A program made the position numbers and the translations under genes. From positions 82,754-146,753 of the forward strand of contig DASYRG010000008.1 in assembly GCA_036004665.1 (NCBI GenBank): a stretch of 64,000 bases of DNA, written 5' to 3'. The notes below the pieces were generated by a model, which had not been told where the DNA came from, did no database searches, and saw only the letters and a program-made list of their open reading frames with translations. Of the stretch, positions 37,601 through 47,700 are shown in pieces. The DNA comes from a bacterium (lineage in GTDB: Bacteria > Sysuimicrobiota > Sysuimicrobiia > Sysuimicrobiales > Humicultoraceae). Each line of letters begins with the position of its first letter. The stretch's first letter is position 1.

Positions 37601-38150
37601 CCGCCACGACCTCTCCGGTGTTGATACCGACCCGCACGGCCAGCCGCACTCCCACCGTGGCGGCGAGATGCTCGTTGAGGACGGGGAGGGCGTCGCGGAC
37701 GGCCAGCCCGGCGCGCACCGCGCGCTCGGGATCGTCCTCGTGCGTGACGGGGAGGCCAAAGACGGAGAGCACCTCGTCCCCGATGAGATTGGCCACCGTC
37801 CCGCCGAAGCGTTCCACGGCATGTTGCACGACGGTGTAGAACTGCCCGACGACCATTCGGGCGTCTTCCGGATCGAGCTGTTCCGTCAGCGGTGTGGAGT
37901 CGGCCAGATCGACGAAGAGGACGGTGACCACCTTGCGCGCCTCCGCCGTGAGCACCGGCCCGGCGGCTGGAGGATGGGCGTGAGCCGCGAGGGGGATGCC
38001 GCAGTTGGCGCAGAAGCGCGCGCCCTCGGCGACCGGGGTGCCGCATTCGGGGCAGAGCTCCTGCTGGGGTTTGCCGCAGTTGGCGCAGAAGCGGGCGGTG
38101 GGCGAGTTGGGCTGACCGCAGTTCCAGCAGGGCCGGGTGTCGGTGATCAT
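34614..38150 (-). CDS. multidomain signalling protein: N-terminal double zinc ribbon, class III adenylate/guanylate cyclase domain, STAND/AAA ATPase and a long TPR-like C-terminal region (start taken at MITDTRPCWNCG)
   Basis: CWNCG...CANCG...CPECG...CANCG ribbons; cyclase VTVLFVDLADSTPL...NTGEV; Walker A GQAGVGKS; the ORF-track ORF extends to 38450, but the ATG at 38150 lies directly before the zinc ribbon. Confidence 0.8.
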   Translation of the reverse strand: MITDTRPCWNCGQPNSPTARFCANCGKPQQELCPECGTPVAEGARFCANCGIPLAAHAHPPAAGPVLTAEARKVVTVLFVDLADSTPLTEQLDPEDARMVVGQFYTVVQHAVERFGGTVANLIGDEVLSVFGLPVTHEDDPERAVRAGLAVRDALPVLNEHLAATVGVRLAVRVGINTGEVVAASGSTFDRDFLVADAVTSGARIMQNVPAGSVVVGERTYRATKEAIDYRPLPPLTVKGKSAPLMVWTALAPLPESPEDHRIAAPLVGRHGELGLLRHLYQRSREDRLVQMVTVFGQAGVGKSRLLREFLAEVRDDDPPPLVLRGRGVAFGGQIGYHALLEILRIQAGLMDTDRPEIVRSKMREWLTAALGEGGEALLEGLLLTFGAADGGPEAAADPEQLRRALFDAWQGVLVGLAAARPVILALEDLHLADDGVLDLISAMVERIAEAPVFVMCLTRPELLERRRNWGGGGRNAISFELKPLRPEEAEALVAALSSKGLAAEMRQAVAQRAEGNPLFVEELVRMLMEGGGPGGAIPDNVQAVLTARIDRLPPDERRALQAASVLGRAFWPSAVRALAGLEENAVQPAIDALISKELVVARPRSAIGEPEYAFRHILTRDVAYGLLPKTQRQRAHAEALRWLEGTLGERTEDVIDILGEHARAAGDDARAAGYLHRAANKARRLYANEDALRLFDQALEAASRAGLPPGELATLARDRGEVHQLRGSYPDALTDFSQALTLARAAGDRRLEAQMEQRVGFIHHRELRLDEAEEHFSRAAILARETEDRRTLGLSLLDLANVGWDRGEIVLHDPRLPEGIAFLRQAGDLSGVARGLNLMAMGHFAAANGEEALAAVQEALAAARRAGDKSKEATSISYLSVIHAYWGRYPEALRYGEEAFALAESIGDRRRMGFTVSFIAPVLLGLGRWGEALRRLEEMVRELRETAKIHLPFALMYLAQVIYEIGDVGRTRALLAEALALDAPANPGWQQIWLLSSVLAARLDGDQAEVNRAIDRILALPWNIFIPDDGEVIGPVGEALYEAGRIDDLRAFVRDRRPGVERWGAAHHLASLALLEALLAYHDGRPGEAEVRLRAGIAQAESIQNVTLQLGGYERLWEWFHRPDDRETLRGLLRRVFDSLPEDLRAIALASPRGAILRKEDDLPPIEEEEPAPLRGS

Positions 38151-38223
38151 GGCTGTAATCCGTTCATGGCAGGGGATTCCCAACCGCGGGAGGGAACCCT
38201 CCGGCGTCAAGGAGGAATCCCGG

Positions 38224-39162
38224 CTGAAGACATTATCGGTCATCGCCGCCGGCGGCGCCAACGTCGACGTCAAGGTCCGCACGGCGTCGCCGCCCACCGA
38301 GGGCCGCTCAACGCCGGGGGAGGTCCATCTCGCCCCGGGGGGAGCGGCGCGGAACGTCGCAGAAGCGCTCGCGCGGATGGGGGCGGAGGTGGCGCTCCAC
38401 ACCGCCGTGGGCGCGGACGCCTTTGGCGACTGGCTGATCGCCGTGACCACCGCTGCCGGCGTCGACTGCGCCGCGGTTTTTCGCGGTCCTGGTCAGACAG
38501 GGATCTACGTCACCGTCAACGGCGCCGGCGTCGCCGACGCGTCACTCGTCGAATCGCTGGACCCCGCGTGGCCCGCGTGGCCCGGGACGGAGGGGGTCGT
38601 GCGCGTACTCGATGCCAATCTCTCCGCCTCCGTGATCGCGCGGCTGGCCGCCCCGGCGTCGGCCTCGCGGCTCGTCCTCATTGGTACCTCGCCGGCCAAA
38701 GTCGCGCGCCTACGACCGCTGCTGCGGGACGCATGGCTGCTCTGTCTGACCGCCGCGGAAGCAGCAGCGCTCCTGGGCGCGGGAGCGCATGCTGGTGGAG
38801 AACCGCTCGCCCGCGCGGTGGCGGCGTTGGGACCGGCGCAGGTCCTTCTCACGGAGGGCGCTCGGGGACTGGGTCTGCTGGCCGACCCTCATCCCAGCGC
38901 AGCGCGGGGAAGATGGTGGACGCACCCGGCCCGCCCAGCTGTGGCCCTCGTCGATCCCACTGGCGCGGGAGATGTCGCGGCGGCCGCGCTCACCTTCGGG
39001 CTCGCCGCAGATCTGGCGCCCGAGCGCATTCTCGCCGCGGCCGCGGAGGCGGCGGCGATGACCGTCGGGACCTGGGGGAATGTGCCCCCAGAAGTGGGAA
39101 CTGTATGGAAAGGGATCAGTGAGGGTCCCACAGGTTCGCGCAGTGAACCTGTGGGGAGTTGA
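38224..39162 (+). CDS. PfkB-family carbohydrate/nucleoside kinase (probable pseudouridine kinase); the start is uncertain (AAGGAGGA RBS 8 nt before a CTG; upstream in-frame ATG at 38149)
   Basis: LSVIAAGGANVDV N-terminal motif, C-terminal GAGD motif (DPTGAGDVAAAA); co-operonic with psuG. Confidence 0.7.
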   Translation: MKTLSVIAAGGANVDVKVRTASPPTEGRSTPGEVHLAPGGAARNVAEALARMGAEVALHTAVGADAFGDWLIAVTTAAGVDCAAVFRGPGQTGIYVTVNGAGVADASLVESLDPAWPAWPGTEGVVRVLDANLSASVIARLAAPASASRLVLIGTSPAKVARLRPLLRDAWLLCLTAAEAAALLGAGAHAGGEPLARAVAALGPAQVLLTEGARGLGLLADPHPSAARGRWWTHPARPAVALVDPTGAGDVAAAALTFGLAADLAPERILAAAAEAAAMTVGTWGNVPPEVGTVWKGISEGPTGSRSEPVGS

Positions 39163-39181
39163 AGGAAGGGAGCGCACACCG

Positions 39182-40114
39182 ATGAAGCCGCAGAGTGCGA
39201 TTCCACTCGACGTTAGCGATGAGATCCAAGTGACCCTCGGTCTGGGGGGACCCGTTGTCGCGCTGGAGTCGTCGGTGATCACCCACGGCCTGCCCTCTCC
39301 TGCCAATCTGGAGGCTGCTCGGCGGATCGAGCGGGCGGTCAGGGAGAGAGGGGCGGTGCCCGCGGTCGTGGCGCTGGTCGAAGGGACGGTGCGGGTCGGT
39401 CTCTCCGCCGAAGACCTGGGCTTTCTCGCCGCCCGGGGCGTTCGCAAGGTGGCCCGGCGCGACCTGGGCGTGGCCATCGCCCGGTCCGCCAGCGGCGGCA
39501 CGACCGTTTCGGCCACCCTGGCCGTGGCACACGCCCTCGGCGTCCGCGTTCAGACGACGGGGGGGATCGGCGGCGTGCACATCGGCGCCGAGCGAACCTG
39601 GGACGTCTCGGCGGACCTCGATGAATTGAGCCGGCGCCCCCTCGTCCTCGTGTGCTCCGGTCCCAAAGCCATCTGTGACGCGGGGGCGACGTTGGAGGCG
39701 CTGGAGAGCCGGGGCGTCACCGTGGCCGGCTACCGTACGACCCGCTTCCCGCTCTTCTACATCGCTGACAGCGGTTTCGCCGCGCCCTGGACGGCGGAGA
39801 CTCCCGCCGAGGTCGCGGCCATCTCGCGTGCCAAGGAACGGCTGGGCGATCCGAGCGCCCTGCTGGTGGCAAATCCCCCGCCGCCCGGGTCGGCGCTCGA
39901 TCCGGCCGCCGTCGCCGACGCGGTGGGACGCGCGATCGCTCAGGCCGAGCGTGAAGGCATCCGCGGGGGAGATCTCACGCCGTTCCTCCTCACGGAAGTG
40001 GACCGTCTCACCGGAGGCCTCGCAGTCGAGGCCAATCTCGCGCTGCTCGAGGCGAACGCCGCCCTGGCGGCCGAGATCGCCGTGGCGCTGACTGAGGAGC
40101 GCCTTCCGGCCTGA
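39182..40114 (+). CDS. psuG: pseudouridine-5'-phosphate glycosidase
   Basis: 310 aa; indigoidine synthase A-like (ALESSVITHGLP, GGIGGVH). Confidence 0.85.
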   Translation: MKPQSAIPLDVSDEIQVTLGLGGPVVALESSVITHGLPSPANLEAARRIERAVRERGAVPAVVALVEGTVRVGLSAEDLGFLAARGVRKVARRDLGVAIARSASGGTTVSATLAVAHALGVRVQTTGGIGGVHIGAERTWDVSADLDELSRRPLVLVCSGPKAICDAGATLEALESRGVTVAGYRTTRFPLFYIADSGFAAPWTAETPAEVAAISRAKERLGDPSALLVANPPPPGSALDPAAVADAVGRAIAQAEREGIRGGDLTPFLLTEVDRLTGGLAVEANLALLEANAALAAEIAVALTEERLPA

Positions 40115-40155
40115 TCAAAGGAAGACCCGCTCTGCGGATGTAAAGAAGACCCATC

Positions 40156-40959
40156 GTGCCGGACGACCGTCCAGGACTGGGCGAGAGCCTCCGCCGCGCC
40201 CGGGAGGCCCGCGGACTCTCCCTCGCCCAGGCCGAACGCCTGACCAAGATCCGCGCCGTCTATCTCGACGCGCTCGAGGAGGAGCGGTTTGCCACGCTCC
40301 CGCCGCGGCCGTACGCGAAAGGCTTCGTGCGCATCTACGCGGCGGCCCTCGGCCTCGACCCCGGTGCCCTGCTCGATGCCTTCGACGCGCATCTCCCGGC
40401 GGTGGCGCCGACGCCGCTGAGCCAGGCCGCCGAGATCCCCCTGGAACCGCCGGCGCCGCCGTCCCGGCTGCGGCGGCTGGTCACGATGGCGCTCTGGATC
40501 CTCATTCCCGTGGTCATCGCCCTCGCCGTGGTCCTCTACGTCAACGTCCGAGACTTCGTGCGGACGGGTCCACGCGCGGCGTCCTCACCGTCACCTGCCC
40601 CTGCGCCGGCGAGCCCACCTCCGAGTGTCCTCCCGGGGGCAGTTCCATTGCCCGCCGCCTCTCCGTCGCCTGCGGCAACGCCGGTTCCCCCAGCCCCGCA
40701 GGCGGTGGAGGGAATTGCGGTGGCCCTCGCGGTGACCGAGGAATCCTGGCTGCGGGTCACCGTGGACGGACGGCGCATCTTCCAGGGCCTCATGTATCCG
40801 GGCGACACCGCAACATGGACAGCGCAACGGGAACTGGAGGTCAGGATTGGCAACGCCGGCGGGGTGACGTTGATCGTCAACGGCCGCGACCTCGGCCTCG
40901 CGGGGCGTCCCCGCCAGGTCGTGACGCGGCGCTTCACCGTGACGCCCGAGGAACCCTAG
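40156..40959 (+). CDS. rodZ: RodZ-like cytoskeleton protein (XRE HTH + TM + DUF4115)
   Basis: LGESLRRAREARGLSLAQAE HTH; TM segment LVTMALWILIPVVIALAVVLYV; C-terminal DUF4115-like domain. Confidence 0.75.
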   Translation: MPDDRPGLGESLRRAREARGLSLAQAERLTKIRAVYLDALEEERFATLPPRPYAKGFVRIYAAALGLDPGALLDAFDAHLPAVAPTPLSQAAEIPLEPPAPPSRLRRLVTMALWILIPVVIALAVVLYVNVRDFVRTGPRAASSPSPAPAPASPPPSVLPGAVPLPAASPSPAATPVPPAPQAVEGIAVALAVTEESWLRVTVDGRRIFQGLMYPGDTATWTAQRELEVRIGNAGGVTLIVNGRDLGLAGRPRQVVTRRFTVTPEEP

Positions 40960-40962
40960 GGC

Positions 40963-42201
40963 GTGCGCGCCGAGCTCCTCTCAGTCGGCACCGAGCTCCT
41001 GCTCGGCGAGATCACGGACACCAACGCCGCCTACCTCGCTCGGATCCTGGCCGAAGCGGGAGTGGATCTCTTCTTCAAGCAAACGGTCGGAGACAATGTC
41101 ACCCGCCTGGGCGAGGCGGTGCGGCTGGCCCTGACCCGCGCGGAGCTCATTCTCATCACGGGTGGGTTGGGCCCAACGGAGGACGATCTCACCGTGGCCA
41201 CGGTGGCGGCGACGCTGACGTTGCCGATGCTCCGGGACGAGGAGGTCGCCGAGACCATCCGGGCTTTCTTCGAAATACGGCGGCGGCCCGCTCCTCCGTC
41301 GGTCTACAAGCAGGCCCTCGTCCCCGCCGGCGCCCATGTCATCCCGAACCGCCGCGGCACCGCCCCCGGCGTGGTTGTGACGCACGATGGGGCGACGATC
41401 GTGATGATGCCCGGCGTCCCCAGCGAGATGGAGGGCATGGTGGAGGAGTTCCTCCTGCCCTGGCTGTCCGAGCGGACCGGCGAGACGGTCATCCGCTCCC
41501 GGGTGCTCAAGGTCACCGGCCTCGGCGAATCGGCGGTGGAAGAGCGGATCAAAGACCTGCTGCGCCTGCCCGCGCCGACGATCGCGCCCTACGCGAAGCT
41601 GGGCGAGGTGCATCTGCGGCTCACCGCCAAAGGGTCCCCCGCCGAGGTGGAGGCGCACCTCACCGCCGGCGAGGCCGCCGTCCGCGATCGCCTGGGTGAC
41701 ATGGTCTTCGGACGGGACGACGACAGCCTGGAGGCCGTGACCGGCCGGCTGTTGCTGGACCGGTCCATCACGGTGGCCGTGGGCGAATCCTGCACCGGCG
41801 GCCTGATCGCCGATCGCCTGACGGCGCTTCCGGGAAGCTCGGCATACTTCCGCCAGGGCGCCGTTGCCTACAGCAACCAGGCCAAGACGGCGCTGCTGGG
41901 TGTGCCTGTCGAGCTCATTGAGCGCCACGGGGCGGTGAGCGCGCCCGTGGCGGAAGCGATGGCCCGCGGCGCGCGCGAGGGAACCGATAGCGACCTGGGG
42001 GTCGGTGTCACGGGGATCGCCGGCCCCGCCGGGGGCAGCCCCGAGAAACCGATCGGGTTGGTCTTTATCACCCTGGCCGATCGCGCATCGGCGGCGAGCC
42101 GGGAATGGCGGTTCGGCGAGCAGCCCGGCCGCCGCGGGATCCGCTTCCTCGCCAGCCAGGCCGCGCTCGATCTGATCCGTCTCCACCTGCTGCGGTCCTG
42201 A
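40963..42201 (+). CDS. cinA: competence/damage-inducible protein CinA (MoCF-binding N-domain plus C-terminal NMN deamidase)
   Basis: 412 aa; MRAELLSVGTELLLGEITDTNAAYLA N-terminus; GTG start. Confidence 0.9.
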   Translation: MRAELLSVGTELLLGEITDTNAAYLARILAEAGVDLFFKQTVGDNVTRLGEAVRLALTRAELILITGGLGPTEDDLTVATVAATLTLPMLRDEEVAETIRAFFEIRRRPAPPSVYKQALVPAGAHVIPNRRGTAPGVVVTHDGATIVMMPGVPSEMEGMVEEFLLPWLSERTGETVIRSRVLKVTGLGESAVEERIKDLLRLPAPTIAPYAKLGEVHLRLTAKGSPAEVEAHLTAGEAAVRDRLGDMVFGRDDDSLEAVTGRLLLDRSITVAVGESCTGGLIADRLTALPGSSAYFRQGAVAYSNQAKTALLGVPVELIERHGAVSAPVAEAMARGAREGTDSDLGVGVTGIAGPAGGSPEKPIGLVFITLADRASAASREWRFGEQPGRRGIRFLASQAALDLIRLHLLRS

Positions 42202-42205
42202 GCGC

Positions 42206-42832
42206 TTGCACGCTGGAGGCGTGGCCCCGCCGCCGCCGCACCGCCACCGGATCTTCATCGCCGTGCACCTGGAAGAGGCCTTGCGCACCGAGATCGTCCG
42301 GCTGGAGGACCGTCTCCGCCAGGCTGGCGCTCCGCTGCGGTGGATTGCCGCCGAGAACCTGCACTTCACGGTGCGTTTCTTAGGAGAGATCGCACCCGCG
42401 CAGATGGCGCAGGTTCGTCTGGCCACCCGCGAGTCCGCCGCGGGAAGTCCACCGTTTCGCCTGACGCTTCAGGGCGTGGGGGCGTTTCCGTCGCTGGCGC
42501 GGCCGCAGGTCATCTGGATCGGCGTGAGCGAGGGGAGCGAACGTCTCGCCGCAATCTCCGCCCGTCTCGACGACGCGCTTGCCCGACACCGCTTCCCGCG
42601 GGAGGGACGACCTTTCGTCGCCCATCTCACCATCACGCGGCTGAAGCACCAGGGGCGGTGGGGCGAGATCGTCCGCGCGCTCGCTGGATTCAAGGACGTC
42701 GCGGTGGGGGCCCAGCAGGTGCACGCGCTGGCCATCATGGAGAGCCATCTCCACCCCAAGGGCGCCAGGTACACCACGGTGGAGGAGGTTCCTCTGGAAG
42801 GAACCTTGAATCTTCCTGAGAAGCACCGCTAG
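42206..42832 (+). CDS. thpR: RNA 2',3'-cyclic phosphodiesterase / 2'-5' RNA ligase (2H family)
   Basis: Two H-x-T motifs (HFTVRFLG, HLTITR). Confidence 0.8.
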   Translation: MHAGGVAPPPPHRHRIFIAVHLEEALRTEIVRLEDRLRQAGAPLRWIAAENLHFTVRFLGEIAPAQMAQVRLATRESAAGSPPFRLTLQGVGAFPSLARPQVIWIGVSEGSERLAAISARLDDALARHRFPREGRPFVAHLTITRLKHQGRWGEIVRALAGFKDVAVGAQQVHALAIMESHLHPKGARYTTVEEVPLEGTLNLPEKHR

Positions 42833-42929
42833 ATCTGGTGCGAGGAACGGCCGATCACCCCAGGACTTGGTGCGAATGCGCCAGGACATCCCCCACAGTC
42901 ATCGGCCGGATCATAAGCGGTTTGCAGAG

Positions 42930-42958
42930 TTGACATGCGAACATTTGTTTGGTACGGT
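42930..42958 (+). promoter_or_regulatory. recA promoter (-35 TTGACA, 17-nt spacer, -10 TACGGT) with an embedded Cheo-type LexA box CGAACATTTGTTTG (42938-42951)
   Basis: Matches the Gram-positive SOS box consensus CGAACRNRYGTTYC except at one position; overlaps the spacer in the classic way. Confidence 0.75.
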
Positions 42959-43013
42959 TCCTGCGCGGGACGCCACAGAACGGTCCCGGCGGCACGCCGT
43001 GTGCTGAGGGAGG

Positions 43014-44099
<1,086 letters not shown>

Positions 44100-44100
44100 G

Positions 44101-44793
44101 ATGCAGATCGGACGGATCCGGCCGGCGGGACGAGGCGGCCACCTGCGCGCGGTGACGCTCGCTGATGGCCGCCGCTTCCTGGTGGACGCCGAACGCGCTC
44201 TTCCCCTTGCGCTCACGGAAGGGATGGAGATCGAAGCGGATCTGCAAGCGCGACTCGCCGCCCTGGCCGAAGAGACCCGCGCCCGGGAGACCGCCTTGGC
44301 GCTCCTCCGCTACCGGCCGCGCAGCCGCACCGAGCTGGAAGGTCGGCTCCGGCGCCGCGGCGTCGCCCCAGGTCCCGTCGACGTCGTGCTCGCGGAACTG
44401 ACGTCCTCCGGTGCCATCGACGATCGCCGTTTCGCCAGGCTCTGGATCGAGAGCCGTCTCGCCGGGGGCAGGAGCGGGCCGCACCGGTTGCGCGCCGAAC
44501 TCCGTCTCAAGGGCATCGATCCCGCGATCGTTGACGAGACGCTGCGTGCGGCGCTGCCGCCGGAGCAAGAGGCGCAGCTCGCGGCGGCGGCTGCCGACCG
44601 CTACCTGGCGCGCCGGCAGTCGCTCCCCGTCGAGGTCCGGCTGCGCCGGCTCGTGGGTCTGCTCAGGCGCCGCGGCTTCTCCACCGGCGTCATCGCCCCG
44701 ATTCTCAGAGAGAGCGCACGGCAGGTGCGGGGCCGGCGCAACGCAGGATCGCTTCGGCGCCGGGCGCAGCACGAGGTTCTGGACACTCCGTGA
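44101..44793 (+). CDS. recX: RecA regulator RecX
   Basis: 230 aa; helical repeat architecture; ATG 2 nt after the recA stop. Confidence 0.8.
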   Translation: MQIGRIRPAGRGGHLRAVTLADGRRFLVDAERALPLALTEGMEIEADLQARLAALAEETRARETALALLRYRPRSRTELEGRLRRRGVAPGPVDVVLAELTSSGAIDDRRFARLWIESRLAGGRSGPHRLRAELRLKGIDPAIVDETLRAALPPEQEAQLAAAAADRYLARRQSLPVEVRLRRLVGLLRRRGFSTGVIAPILRESARQVRGRRNAGSLRRRAQHEVLDTP

Positions 44794-47700
44794 GTGCGCT
44801 CCCGTTGCGGCGACATCCCGACCGGCCCGACGGCGGCCAGCTCATCCTGGAATTCGCCGCCAGAGAGACGCTGCAGGATCAGTCCGCCGACCGGACGATC
44901 GACCGGGGGGTGGATCGGCCCACCGAGCGTCTCACGGATCGGGCGCTGGAAGGACTGAACGAAGAACAGCTCCGCGCGGTGACCTTCGGGGAGGGACCGC
45001 TGCTCATCGTCGCCGGAGCCGGCACGGGGAAGACCTCCGTGATCACCCGGCGCATCGCCTGGTTGATCGCCGCCCGGCAGGCGCGCCCCTCCGAGATCCT
45101 CGCCCTCACCTTCACCGACAAGGCCGCGGCCGAGATGGAGGAACGCGTCGACGTGCTCACGCCCTATGGCTATACGGACATCACCGTCGGGACCTTCCAC
45201 GCATTCGGCGACCGGGTCCTGCGGCAGCACGCGCTTGAGCTGGGCCTGCCCCCCGACGTGCGTGTCCTCTCGCGCGCCGAGCAGGTGCTCTTCCTCCGGG
45301 AACGCCTCTTCGAACTCCCGCTGCACTACTACCGCCCCCTCGGTGACCCCACCCGCTATGTCGAGGCGCTCATCGCGCTGTTCAGCCGGGCTAAGGACGA
45401 GGACGCGGGGCCCCAGGACTACCTGGCCTTCGCCGAGCGCGTGGCCGTCGCTGCGGCCCAATCCCCAGAGGACGCGGAACTCGCCGACGCCGCGCGGAAG
45501 CAGGCCGAGCTGGCGCAGGCCTACCGCCTCTACCAAAGCCTGCTGGGACGCGAAGGGCTCCTCGATTTCGGCGATCAGATCACCCTGCCGCTCCGGCTCT
45601 TTCGGGAGCGCCCGGGCGCGTTGCGAGCCTATCAGGAGCGGTTCCGCTACATCCTCGTCGACGAGTTCCAGGACACCAACTACGCGCAGTTTCAGCTGGT
45701 GCAGCTGCTCGCCGGTCCCCACCACAACGTCACCGTCGTCGGCGACGACGACCAGGCGATCTTCAAGTTTCGAGGAGCGTCGATCAGCAACATCCTTGGG
45801 TTCACCGCGACGTACCCCGAGGCGACGCAGATCGTGTTGACGCGCAACTACCGTTCACCGCAGCCGGTGCTCGACGCCGCGTACCGGTTGATCCAGCACA
45901 ACAACCCGGACCGGTTGGAGCTGCGCAACCAGATCGACAAACGGCTCATCGCGACCCCTGGCGGCCCGGACGTCCAGCACCTACACTTCGACACGCTCAG
46001 CGGCGAGGCCGACGGGGTGGCGGCGCACATCGCCGAGCGGGTCTCTTCGGGGGCGTACCGCTACAAGGACTTCGCCATCCTGGTACGCAGCAACAACGAC
46101 GCCGATCCGTTCCTGCGCGCATTGAACATGCGCGGCGTCCCCCACCGCTTCACCGGCAGCCGCGGCCTCTACAACCGGGAAGAGATCCGTCTCGTCCTGG
46201 CGTTCTTGCGGGCCCTCGCCAACCCCGGGGACAACCTCAGCCTCTACTACCTGGGCATCTCGCCGCTGTATCTGATCAGCCCGACCGACCTTGCGAAGGC
46301 GCTGGCCTACGCCAACCGGCGCAACCGCACCCTCGAGTACGTCTTCCGCCGGCTGGAGGCCTTCGCCGACCTGGCCGAGGAGATTGGCCCGGAGACGCGG
46401 GCGGCTCTGGCCCGTCTGCTCGACGACCTCGAGGAGATGCGTCGCCTGATGAAGGATCACCCCACGGGCCGGGTCCTCTATACTTACCTCGTCACCCGGA
46501 CGGGGTTCGTGGGGCGGCTGGCGACCTCCGAGAACCCCGTCGACGAGATGGCCGTGCGCAATCTGGCGCGGTTCTTTGACCTCGTCGCCCGGTACGGGGA
46601 GATCGCCGCCTACGACCGCGTCCCCGAGTTCGTCAAGCACCTCGACGATCTCATCGGCGCCGGCGACGACCCCGCCGTGGCTGAGGCCGATCCGGACACC
46701 GATGCCGTCGCCGTCCTCACCGTGCACAAAGCCAAGGGGTTGGAGTTTCCGGTCGTCTTCTTGGTCTCGGCCGTGGCGGACCGCTTTCCGACGCGCAACC
46801 GCGGCGAGCCGATCCCGCTCCCCGATCCGCTGGTGAAGGACGTGCTGCCGCAGGGAGACTTCCACCTGCAGGAGGAGCGCCGCCTCTTCTACGTGGCGAT
46901 GACGCGGGCGATGAGAGAACTGTACCTGACCACCGCCCGGGACTATGGGGGAGTCCGTGCCCGCAAGGTGAGCCGCTTCGTGCTGGAGGCCCTCGATCGT
47001 CCGGCGCCCGAGGTCGTCGCCTTTCGCGCCGCCCCCACCGAGACGATCCAGCGCCATGCCCCGCCGGCGGAGGGCCAGCAGTTTCTCGCCGGGATGATCC
47101 CGCCGGAGGAACCACTGAGCCTCTCGTTCCGTCAGGTGGACGACTACGCCACCTGTCCGCTGAAGTTCAAGTACACGCACATCCTCCGCGTACCGCTGCT
47201 CCGCGACCACCGGGTCGTCTATGGCAGCGCGGTGCACGAGGCGGTGCGAGAGTACAACCGGCGCCGCGCCCGTGCTCAACCGGTCTCTGCCGCGGACCTG
47301 ATTCAGATCTTCGAGCGCGCCTGGATCAACGAGGGGTTCATCAGCCGCGAGCACGAGGACCAGCGGATGGAAGAAGGGCGGCAGGTCCTGCGCACCTTCT
47401 TCGAGTTCCAGGAGGGACAGGGGCGACGCCCCACCTTCGTCGAGGCGCCCTTCTCGTTCCACGTCGGTCTCACGCGGGTGAAAGGACGCTGGGACCGCGT
47501 CGACCTGCGGGGCTCTGGCGCCGTCGTCATCGACTTCAAGACGAGCGACGTGCGCACGCAGAAAGACGCCGACCGCCGCGCCCGGGAGTCCCGCCAGCTG
47601 GGCATCTACGCACTGGCGTATCGTGAGGTCTACGGGCGTCCGCCCGACCGGCTCGAACTGCACTTCCTCGGTCCCCAGCAGGTGCTGGTGGGGGAAACGG

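Noticed and set aside
38137-38223. ORF-track GTG start at 38137 for pfkB
   Set aside because: It would add about 29 non-homologous residues and overlap the start of the opposite-strand gene. A strong RBS sits further downstream, immediately before the conserved kinase N-terminus.
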